A stretch of 64,000 nt of DNA from NCBI RefSeq assembly GCF_000315625.1, contig NW_005434647.1:601890-665889 (forward strand), in the 5' to 3' direction. The notes beneath the pieces are model-generated. The model searched no databases. It was given only the letters and a program-made list of their open reading frames with translations, and had not been told where the DNA came from. Position numbers and translations under genes: made by a program. The stretch's first letter is position 1. Each line of letters opens with the position of its first letter. Below are positions 11,007 to 20,050 of the stretch, in pieces. The DNA is from Guillardia theta CCMP2712. Taxonomy: Eukaryota; Protista; Cryptophyta.

Positions 11007-14000
11007 CTAGGCAAGCCGAAAGAGCTCAAGCTTGGAGTTGCTTCCCCAAGGGATGAACCTTTCCTTGTCCTCATCGTAGACGAAGCAGAAGTAAGGGTTG
11101 CTCGCACTCAACGCACACGGGTGATCCTTCACGCAGATCCAAACTTTGAACTGATCCGTCATGAGCACTCCCAGGCCTCCCATCTTGTACTGCACCGAGC
11201 AGTTCTTGAGAGCTGGAATGATGATCTCGTCCCACGTGTAAGGGAGCGAGCAGTTCCTGTAGCTCGGGTCTTCACCCCACAGGAACGGATGCGTCGACGA
11301 GTTGAGCATCGCCATCCAGTTGGAGCATCCTCCCAGCACCTGCTTGCCGTACTTGCCGAGGCAGACGTCCGGCCCTCTCTGCAGCGACCCGATGCTGAAG
11401 GAGCTGTCGCACGAGGCCCCGGGCTCTATGGTGCACGTGCTGCTGCATCCGTCACCGTCCACTTGGTTGCCATCGTCGCACTGCTCGAAGACGTCAGGAG
11501 CGGCGAGGAAAGCCTCTGCGTTGATGTAGAGGCAGGAGGGGGACGAGCAGTACCAGCATTTAGGACTCTCGATGTTGATCTGCAGAGAGAACTTCGGCCC
11601 CTCAACGTTGGGAGGAACTTGAGAGAAGACGATTGGAACTTTCATCCCGCAGGTGGGGCTCATCTGGTAAGGAGAGGAGAAGGGGATGCTGACGCCGTTG
11701 AGGGTCACGTTCATGATGGAACCCTCGTAGAGAGAGGTCGAGTCCATGTCGACAAGAAGGTACATGGGCCCCGATGAGTTGATCGCAGGTCGGAAATCAA
11801 CATCGCAAGTAGACATCGTCAAGGACTGAGAGTAGACTCCTCCCATCCCGTCAGCCATCGTTGACGTGTACGAGTAAGATGTCGTCGAAGTGCAGTTCAC
11901 CGCTGTGAGCCTGCGGAACGTCCAGTCTCGGAGCCCGTTGCCGCACATGGGCTTTGACTTGCCTCCCCATGACAGCTCGAAGGGAAATGGCGAGGAGGTC
12001 CGGTTGTTGACGGTGGAGAAGTAGTTCAAGGTGAGCGAGCGACCGCGGAAGACTTGAAACTCGTTGGGCAAGACTTGAATCTCCCCCTGCGAGCTCAACT
12101 CAAGTCTGTCGCACGCGACCTGCTGCTTGTACATAGTGCAGAAGTTCTTGAGGTGCAGGAGCTCAGCTGAGCTTTGCTGGAAGGAGACGGGCAGGAGGAT
12201 CTTGCCGTTGCCGTCGCTCAGCAGAGAGAGACCGTAGCTGTTCGCCATGAGCCCGACAGACACTCTGATGCGGTTGTCCTCGAAGAATGTCGCCTCCCAG
12301 ATGATGTTGGGCCAGCCGAGCTGACCGCTGGTTGAGGCTGTACCTTCAAACCGAACGAGAAAGCCTCGCATGCCCGCCTCATACACTCTCTTGGTCAGCA
12401 CGAGCTGAGCCGACGTGTCGGAGCCTCCGACGAACATGGTGGGTGTGGGAGGCCAGGAAGCAGACAGACCAGAGTGGAAGGAGAAGCCGTTGTAGAAGGT
12501 GATGTAGGAGTTGGAACTGATGTACGTCCGATTCCTCACGTTCTTGCCCTCCACGCAAAAGTCGAAGCCAAAGTCAGGAAGCAGCAAGCTATCGTCATCC
12601 ATGTTCTGCATCCCGTCGGACAAGGAGGAAGGATAGAGCAAGCTCCAATAGCCCATGATGGTTCCAGTGACCGAGTCGTACTGGCTTGCTGTCGACGATC
12701 CGTTGAACTTCATGCTTGTAGACGAGGAGCTGTCGCCGTTCAATTCTTCGCAGACAGTTGGGAGCAAATGAGTTGGGATGACCGCCAGCTCGATCTCGCT
12801 CATACCGTTGTTGCTGTCGGAGATGCTGAACGAGGCGCACGTGGCGCCAGGAGCGACTTCGTTCTCGTACCTCTTAGTGAAGACGTCATGCGGTGACAAG
12901 TCGAAGTGACAGCAATTTTCTAGTGTGCACTCCTTCTTGCATGTCGACGAGCATCCGTCGCCGTCGACAAGGTTCCCGTCATCGCACGCCTCCAGCCCTT
13001 CTTGGATGCCATCGCCGCACACGTCGTACACGATGGGTCCATACTTGAGCAGGAACGGGCTGTAAGAAGCCACTCTCACCTTAGACACGTTGGCTCTGAA
13101 CGCAGAGTTGTACATCTGAGCGTCTGGCAACCACAAGTTCATGTGGCTGCCTGATATCGAGCCATCATAGTTCCATTGGCTGCAGTCTGAGTTGGCACAG
13201 GTGTAGATTTCAAGGTCAAGCTGAGGATTGCTCCGCATATCAAGAAATGAAACCTGAAGCGACGTCAAACCAGTCGGCTCGATGTCATGTATGCATTCCT
13301 GGCCGTTGAAAGCGCTTGAATGGTGGACAACGCCAGACTCTTGATAGTATCTGTCGCATCCGCACGTGCACTCGAAGCAGGAGGACTTGTCTTGCGGCCA
13401 CACCTCTTGGTCGCACTGCCAGCCTTGCTCCACCTGGCAGGTCGACGAGCAGCCGTCGCCTGAGACTGAGTTGCCATCGTCGCACTGCTCCGGAGCTGTC
13501 AAAATCCCATCACCACATTTGGGTGACTGACTACAATCGATCGAGAAGTATCCTGCGTCGCAATCGCAGATGGGGGCTCTACACGTGCCATGACCTGAGC
13601 AGCTGTTGGGGCAGGAGGGCGATGAGCTGCAGTCTGGCTCAGCAGTGATGGCGCCCGTCACCACCAGCGCGAAGTTCTGCGACCCCTGAGGCAAGTCATA
13701 GGCAGACACGTAGACGCTGTAGGTGCCTGCGGGAGCCTGCGGCAGGGTGATCTGCTCCACATTGTTGGTTCGGTCCATGTTCGAGCCCGAGCGGTTGTTG
13801 CCGTACAAGGTGTTGCCACTGCCATCGATGAGCACGAGGTCGAGATCGCTGATGAGCGCCTTGGAGGCGTAGGGAGACCCGGGGGGGTCCGTCCACACTA
13901 GAGTGACTCGGAACTGAGAGCCGCCGGAGACGGAGAAGCATTTCTTTACGACCTGACCTTGAGACAGCTGCACCCGATCGTAAGTCTTCAACACAAAGTC

Positions 14001-17000
14001 TGAATCCGCTCCGAACCACAAGACTGACGACAAGTCAAGCAGCCCATACCCCTGCTCCGCTGAAGGGCTTGCAGTCGACTCCTGCCATGCGACTCCAGAC
14101 CTTCCTCCGTAGATATCAAGGTAGCCCCACAAGCCGTTCCTCACCATCTTAGACCCATACTGGTAAGCATGGCGCAGAGGCTTGCCGCTTTGAATGATCA
14201 TAGCTTTGACTAGCGCCGAGGAAGGGTTGACACCATCCGCGTCTGAGGGAGAGCCCGTGACATGGTAGCCCTCCTCGAAGTACTGCCTCACTATGGCGGC
14301 TGCCCCGGCGGTTGCTGGAGTAGCCATGGAGGTTCCGCTCATCTCGAGGATGCAGTTGTTGTTGAGCCCGACGGAGTCAGCGCACTGGAAGCTGTTGCGG
14401 ATTCCATCGGAAGAAGCGGAGAAGATGTTCTGACCAGGAGCGACGATGTCCGGCTTGTTTCTGAAATCATAGGTTGGTCCCCGCGATGAGAAGATCGACA
14501 AGTCGGTGTGCTTGTACTCTTGTCCTGAGCGAACGTTGCTGACCAGTGGTAACTTGGCCAACTGCATAGAATAGAGGCAGAAATAAGAGAAGCCTGGAGC
14601 GCAGGTCTGCTGAAACCATCTTGTTGTGAGATTGTACGCGTCCAAACCTGAGATGCCAGCGACAGGTATCGTGATCTGATCCTTCAACATTTCGTTCGGT
14701 CCTCCTGTTGCTTTCAAAACAGGCGCGGGGTATTGGATCGCAGGTTCGTACAAGATCAGCGCAGAGGCTCCCATGTTCTGAGCATTCCAGGCCATGAGCA
14801 CTTCATCGCAATAGCCCATGAAAGGAGAAATAATCATGTTGCCTTTAAAGAAGCCTCGAAAGTAACCGCTCAATGGATTAGAGAAGCCTGTCAGAGTCAC
14901 CGTCTTGTTGATTTCAAGTGGATTTGAGAAGATAGTATACCCTTGCTTTGAAAGCGAGAAGGAGTCATCATAAGAAGTGGTGACAGCGCTGATGATGGTG
15001 TATACAATGCTGCTGTTCTCGTACAGAGTCACTTGTGATTCTTGATTGCACGATCCTTGAGGGTAATAAGTCTTCACGTAAACAGTGTAACCGTTGACTC
15101 CATTGTCCTGCACTTTTTTACCTACCATGAACAAAGGGGTTGCTTCGTAGTCATTGTTGAAAATGAACTGCGAAGACAACGCGTCCAGTGAAGAACCAAA
15201 GGCAATAGAGCCTCCCGTCAAATACGTGCGATTCCTCGCATTTTCTCCAAAAATACAAAAATCAACTTCAGTCTTCAATTCTATGTGCATTTTCGAAGAA
15301 GAGTAATAGTGGTAGTTGTACATTTCAGAAATAGACGAGTCATACAAGATGTCCCATGAAGTAGTGGCATGAGAAATCATCGTGAAGGTTACTCCAAACC
15401 AATTGAAGGAACAATAAAACTGGTTCGATATCGATCGATCATAGTCAACGACGATCTGAATCGATCCCGACACGTCTGACGGTATCCTGTAAGTTGTACT
15501 GATTGATTGTCCACACGACTGACTGCCTGACACACTGAAGTCCATAGGAACATAGTCGCCAGCAACAGTGATTCCCCTGACATTAGTGACACTGTTGCTG
15601 CCCATCCAGTACGACAAAGGCACTTGAATCATAAGATCGACATCACCTCCAGATGTTCTGTCAACGTACATTGAGAGAGAACATGTCGTCATCGACATGT
15701 CAGAGCCGCTGACATCGCAAGTCTGGTAATCCTGAAAGTTGATGCTCGATTGAACGTTGCCTAGGCTTTCAACAGTGTGCATGTCTGACCAGCTTGTTGA
15801 GATCTCAGCATCAGATGAAGTCTGTACCGAGCAGAATGAGCTCGAGTCCGGACGAGGCAGGCACAGCAGAGTCTGAATATCCTTACACCATGGACCAGGC
15901 GGGTAGCACCCACTGTAAAAGTATTGACCGACTATTGAAGCGTTGACAGCTCTGGTGTCGGGGGTCAGCGGAGCTCCGAAGGAGGCAGGGAGGATGTCAA
16001 CCAGCCTCTCGTCTGAGCCATCGGAGAGCAGCATGGAGAGGTTGAAGTAGGTACCATAACCATGCGCCACGTACGACTCACGGGAGTTCAAGCTTGATCC
16101 TACCGATAGGATGTTCTTGGCATTCCCTGGACTGCCAATCGAGAAGTGATCAGGACCGCTATTCCCAGCAGCAAACACAACCAGAAAATCATCTTTGTCG
16201 TACATGAATGAATCGGTTTCCATGCACTGACAATTGTATCCAGACGAATAGCCCCCCCATGAGTTGGAGTGAATCCTTGCTCCATTGTTGTATGCATGGG
16301 GATAGATACTCGAGCTCAGGTCCCATGGCAGGTAGTTGAGGTAAGGCTCGAAATTCGAAACATCGTCGAACACGATCTTCGCTCCTGGAGCTGATCCATT
16401 GTACTGAGTCGCAAGAGTGTTGATGGGACCAGCGGCGCCAGCAACGATACCGGACACATGCGTGCCGTGACCATGATACGAGTCATAAGACTGAGGATAG
16501 GGGGGAGGAGGAGGATAAGAGTTGTAAGACAAAATCTTACGGTGACTGGGTTGAGCAGGGCACATGCTGGCGCAACCCGAGTAAGAGTAGTAATAACAAT
16601 CCTCACACACAGAGACCTGAACCTCGGGATCATAGAAAAAGCAAGAATCAAAATCAATGCCAGTGTCTGCAATTCCCACTGTTTGTCCTTTTCCGTTCAA
16701 ACCGAGCTGTTCCAGCTTCGTTTTGGTTGGTTGCCACTGATAGGTTCCCTGAACGATCAAAGAAGAATACTTGTTGAAAGTGCGATACTCTGTCCTCTTT
16801 TCCATCCATTTCACCGATGCTTGATTTGCCAAAATCTCAACAACCTTGCCGACGTTTTGCGCGTTGGTTTCAATCGTCAGCATATTGCTTGTTTTCGCCC
16901 ATACTTGAGCGATCTTGCCCGATCTTGTGCTGAAAGCGTTTTCCAACAATCGGAGCATATTGGTGAGAGACATTTGATCCGGATGAACTGAGATGGCTGC

Positions 17001-17732
17001 CTCAAGAAATACGCTCTCATCAGGTCCAGCCGGTGCTCCCTTCTCCTTGTCTTGTCCATATTTGTCTTGCTTGGTCTGAGACTTGGAGTTTCGCTGGTTT
17101 CCCTTGTGTTTCTTGTGGCTGTTGTCGAGGGTCCCTCGCTTCTCAGGGTGCTGGGGGTTGCTGTTGATGACTGTCTCGGGCTGCTTGGCTGAGAGCGATC
17201 TCATCGCCAAGGAGATATAATCCTGCAGGTCGTTGGATATCTTCATGCTCGACGGGAGGTGATAAATCGTCTCCACATGCTTCATGCTCGCAACACGAAG
17301 TTTCCTGGAAGGTTCCATAGCAACCACATACGTGTCGTATGGAATGTATTGCACAAACTTGTCTCCGCTGGTGGCCTTCAACTGAGAGAGCATGTCGGGA
17401 GGAGCGGGATGTTTCACTCGAACAAGGTAATGACTCTTGCTTGATTCCTCAAACACAATCTGTTGCTGAGCAATGGTCGAGTCTTGTCTGAATCGAGTCT
17501 TGAGCTTTGCATGTGCTCTGTCTTCTGTATGATGAAGCAGCAAAGTGTCGGGGTTGTAAATCATGAGAGGTCTTCCTGGAAGGTTCTTGGCAACCACAGA
17601 ACGCCTTTCTCCATGCCGAAAACCATGTTCGAACTCTTCCTTGCTTACTCTCGCATCACAACAAGGTGCACTACTCAACAGCAACGCCATGGCTGCGAGC
17701 AGCAGCTTGTTTGCTGCCATCCCTCCCGCCAT
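11007..17732 (-). CDS. Secreted multidomain subtilisin (peptidase S8, KP-43/TagC-like) with PA region, C-terminal beta domain, EGF and three Myxococcus-type Cys-rich (DUF4215-like) repeats; single exon
   Basis: Uninterrupted 2241-aa ORF with a signal peptide. Catalytic motifs are GIADTGID (D ~16665), HGHGTHVSG (H ~16467), AAGNSG and SGTSMAT (S ~14328). Also present: RVTLVWTDPP...DLDL...NNVEQ, CPNSCSGHGTC (EGF) and CGDG..EQCDDGN..GDGCSSTC repeats. Confidence 0.95.
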   Translation of the reverse strand: MAGGMAANKLLLAAMALLLSSAPCCDARVSKEEFEHGFRHGERRSVVAKNLPGRPLMIYNPDTLLLHHTEDRAHAKLKTRFRQDSTIAQQQIVFEESSKSHYLVRVKHPAPPDMLSQLKATSGDKFVQYIPYDTYVVAMEPSRKLRVASMKHVETIYHLPSSMKISNDLQDYISLAMRSLSAKQPETVINSNPQHPEKRGTLDNSHKKHKGNQRNSKSQTKQDKYGQDKEKGAPAGPDESVFLEAAISVHPDQMSLTNMLRLLENAFSTRSGKIAQVWAKTSNMLTIETNAQNVGKVVEILANQASVKWMEKRTEYRTFNKYSSLIVQGTYQWQPTKTKLEQLGLNGKGQTVGIADTGIDFDSCFFYDPEVQVSVCEDCYYYSYSGCASMCPAQPSHRKILSYNSYPPPPPYPQSYDSYHGHGTHVSGIVAGAAGPINTLATQYNGSAPGAKIVFDDVSNFEPYLNYLPWDLSSSIYPHAYNNGARIHSNSWGGYSSGYNCQCMETDSFMYDKDDFLVVFAAGNSGPDHFSIGSPGNAKNILSVGSSLNSRESYVAHGYGTYFNLSMLLSDGSDERLVDILPASFGAPLTPDTRAVNASIVGQYFYSGCYPPGPWCKDIQTLLCLPRPDSSSFCSVQTSSDAEISTSWSDMHTVESLGNVQSSINFQDYQTCDVSGSDMSMTTCSLSMYVDRTSGGDVDLMIQVPLSYWMGSNSVTNVRGITVAGDYVPMDFSVSGSQSCGQSISTTYRIPSDVSGSIQIVVDYDRSISNQFYCSFNWFGVTFTMISHATTSWDILYDSSISEMYNYHYYSSSKMHIELKTEVDFCIFGENARNRTYLTGGSIAFGSSLDALSSQFIFNNDYEATPLFMVGKKVQDNGVNGYTVYVKTYYPQGSCNQESQVTLYENSSIVYTIISAVTTSYDDSFSLSKQGYTIFSNPLEINKTVTLTGFSNPLSGYFRGFFKGNMIISPFMGYCDEVLMAWNAQNMGASALILYEPAIQYPAPVLKATGGPNEMLKDQITIPVAGISGLDAYNLTTRWFQQTCAPGFSYFCLYSMQLAKLPLVSNVRSGQEYKHTDLSIFSSRGPTYDFRNKPDIVAPGQNIFSASSDGIRNSFQCADSVGLNNNCILEMSGTSMATPATAGAAAIVRQYFEEGYHVTGSPSDADGVNPSSALVKAMIIQSGKPLRHAYQYGSKMVRNGLWGYLDIYGGRSGVAWQESTASPSAEQGYGLLDLSSVLWFGADSDFVLKTYDRVQLSQGQVVKKCFSVSGGSQFRVTLVWTDPPGSPYASKALISDLDLVLIDGSGNTLYGNNRSGSNMDRTNNVEQITLPQAPAGTYSVYVSAYDLPQGSQNFALVVTGAITAEPDCSSSPSCPNSCSGHGTCRAPICDCDAGYFSIDCSQSPKCGDGILTAPEQCDDGNSVSGDGCSSTCQVEQGWQCDQEVWPQDKSSCFECTCGCDRYYQESGVVHHSSAFNGQECIHDIEPTGLTSLQVSFLDMRSNPQLDLEIYTCANSDCSQWNYDGSISGSHMNLWLPDAQMYNSAFRANVSKVRVASYSPFLLKYGPIVYDVCGDGIQEGLEACDDGNLVDGDGCSSTCKKECTLENCCHFDLSPHDVFTKRYENEVAPGATCASFSISDSNNGMSEIELAVIPTHLLPTVCEELNGDSSSSTSMKFNGSSTASQYDSVTGTIMGYWSLLYPSSLSDGMQNMDDDSLLLPDFGFDFCVEGKNVRNRTYISSNSYITFYNGFSFHSGLSASWPPTPTMFVGGSDTSAQLVLTKRVYEAGMRGFLVRFEGTASTSGQLGWPNIIWEATFFEDNRIRVSVGLMANSYGLSLLSDGNGKILLPVSFQQSSAELLHLKNFCTMYKQQVACDRLELSSQGEIQVLPNEFQVFRGRSLTLNYFSTVNNRTSSPFPFELSWGGKSKPMCGNGLRDWTFRRLTAVNCTSTTSYSYTSTMADGMGGVYSQSLTMSTCDVDFRPAINSSGPMYLLVDMDSTSLYEGSIMNVTLNGVSIPFSSPYQMSPTCGMKVPIVFSQVPPNVEGPKFSLQINIESPKCWYCSSPSCLYINAEAFLAAPDVFEQCDDGNQVDGDGCSSTCTIEPGASCDSSFSIGSLQRGPDVCLGKYGKQVLGGCSNWMAMLNSSTHPFLWGEDPSYRNCSLPYTWDEIIIPALKNCSVQYKMGGLGVLMTDQFKVWICVKDHPCALSASNPYFCFVYDEDKERFIPWGSNSKLELFRLA

Positions 17733-18028
17733 GGAATCAGTCCAGCTGCAAGGGGGCGGCCGTCAAATTCTCATCGCACCCACCCACCCCACCAAAAAAT
17801 GATAGAGGTCGAGCATTTCAATGTTCCCTTCGATCTTGATTAGGTCCTCTCCTCCTAAACTTGGCTAGCACTTGCTGCACTAATACCAGACATAAAGGAT
17901 TTCACGGCTTTAGCCCTTGACAAGTCTGTCTCCCGTGGTCCTTGATGGCTGCAGTACCGTACCCCCGTTCCGAACTAGTCTTACATCTTTAGAACTTGAC
18001 GTGCCTGGCACATCGATTGGAGACGGAC

Positions 18029-18116
18029 CTGGTACAAACGGATATACAGTAGTATATATGGTACTATTTACTCTGGTACAAACGGATATACAGTAGTATA
18101 TATGGTACTATTTACT
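18029..18116. repeat. Perfect 44-bp tandem duplication
   Basis: CTGGTACAAACGGATATACAGTAGTATATATGGTACTATTTACT occurs twice head-to-tail. Confidence 0.9.
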
Positions 18117-18409
18117 TACTCTGGTACCCCCGGCCGAGTTCAAAGAACAAGAGACCCGTTGGTGTCCCTGAACTGTGATACAAAATACCGGGTGGGTGGG
18201 TCGTCAATCGGGAGTCCGTAAATGTCGGTCTAGTTTTTAACTTAGTAAGCTGCTTTGTACAGTTGATGGGGACCTGGAAACAAAAACTTAGTAAATAAAA
18301 GTGTTATCATTATTAGTACCACTGCGTCAAGTTTGGCACTTTTTTGACATGTCTGGTAGTCTGGAACTTGAAATTAAAATGGTCCTGCTTCATTTCGGCT
18401 TTACAAGTG

Positions 18410-19110
18410 TCACCCCCCGGCCCGGTGGTGCCGATCGACCCCGGTGACCGGCGGGCCGGGCCGGCCATACCGCGGGGGGCGATAAGAGAATCATGAGACT
18501 CGTTACACTGAGTGGCCCGGCCTGATGGAGTGTATCATGAAGGAGAGCAAAGGACTGGAACCTTTTTTTTTTTTTCTTTTTTGGAAGATAACAGAGACTG
18601 GAAGGATAGGAGAAAGAGAAAAGGTTAAGAGATAGCGAGAAAGGAAGTGACTCGGAACTTCGGAAGAGAGAGAGAATGAGGAGAAAGAGAGAGAGAGAGA
18701 AGAGAAGGGAAGAGAGAGAGAGAGGGAGGAAGACAGGACCCCATGCTTAGTATATACAGATAGTAACCAGGAGTATTGTCCGCCGCCCCGAGCCTCCGAT
18801 GCTTCAAGGGCCTCACTGGTCATTCCACCGTACCGGTTCCAGAACTGAGCCTGTAGTACAATTTCTCAGTTTTTGTGCTCGGCAAGGGCCTGCCAGGCTG
18901 GGCTCTACTATGATATAAGATCCATGTGATCCGTCACGGCCACCGCATGGAATCACTGTGACACTGTGACTCTGGAGTCCGGCCCGTCACGAGACACGGC
19001 CGCCCCCCGCGGGCCGGGCGGCCCGGCAGTGGGCCCGGGGCCAGCCGCGGCGCTGAGCCGCGGCCCTGCCAGGCCCAGGCTGGCCGCCGCGCCGCACTGC
19101 ACCGGGACAA
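18410..19110. repeat. CpG/CCGG-rich intergenic blocks flanking a GA microsatellite
   Basis: GC-rich palindromic runs (CCGGGCCGG, GCCGCGGC) lie at 18410-18520 and 18880-19110, with GA-rich sequence at ~18610-18730. Confidence 0.55.
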
Positions 19111-19338
19111 CAGTCCTCGTACTCGGATTTGTAACTTAACTTTGAGTAAAGAGAAGGCTCAACCGTAGCGTATCCGATGATGTGACAGTTGGGCTTGTAC
19201 GGTCAGTGTTCCAGTCACACTGAACTTAATACTGATGTACTGATTTAACTAAACAATTGTATCAGTGGTCTCACGGTTGTAGTAGGCTTCCTTTTTTGAC
19301 TGAAAAAGAAAGGCAGATGTTGATAAAGGTTGTCAAGC

Positions 19339-19894
19339 ATGTTCGCACAGTTGCGGGAGGCGCGAGCGATGCTAAGCTCGGGCTTCTGCTCGCCCATCAC
19401 CGTCTATGACCCCGTCAGCCAAACCTCCAGCTCCTGCAAGGTCATCATGCAGATCTCTTAGTGATCTCTTCCTCGTTCTTGTCCTTGTCCTCGTCACCTG
19501 GGTTGTCCTGGACCTGCTGGAAGGTCATTTCCTTCCGCTAGCGCCTAGGTCGTCCCATCATCTCATCCGCATACTCTGAGGGTGTCTCTTGCATATCTGC
19601 CTGCCATCGACGTTTCTGTCGTACTGTCACGGCTATCGAGATTGTCACTTATGGTCATCACAAACTGACTCATATTCTTGCAGAATATTACCGAATGCTG
19701 TATCGATGCTGGGACGTCAAATGACATGGAGGTAAGGCTTAAATGTACAACATCGCAGCAATGAAGTTGCTCATGGCTTCCATCCAGTCAAGAGAGATCG
19801 CCAACAGCGAGTTCATCGGGAAACCAGGTTATGTTGCGAGCTCTTCCAGTTCATGCTCATAACGAAGAGCAGGCGACTACTTTCCGTGGGACTA
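19339..19894 (+). CDS. Small multi-exon hypothetical protein
   Basis: ATG at 19339 (MFAQLREARAMLSSGFCSPITVYDP). The last exons splice cleanly: NITECCIDAGTSNDME|SREIANSEFIGKP|GDYFPWD-stop. The middle exons are unresolved. Confidence 0.4.
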
Positions 19895-20050
19895 AGTTTT
19901 CCCATCAAACTCTATCTGACATCGCCGAATGCTCGTCGGTTCAAGTAGGGCGGGAGGTTTGTCTTGTTGTCTATTAGTTGGACTAGAGGCCGAGATAACA
20001 ATCGGTTGAGCTACGGCATCAAGTAGGAAGCCCCTGAAACTTGTCCAACT

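Noticed and set aside
14500-16060. Subtilisin insert as an intein or mobile intron
   Set aside because: There are no intein terminal motifs or homing endonuclease motifs, and the insert resembles the protein's own C-terminal modules.
18029-18116. 44-bp duplication as an LTR, TSD or CRISPR repeat
   Set aside because: These are two adjacent copies with nothing between them, so it is a simple tandem duplication.
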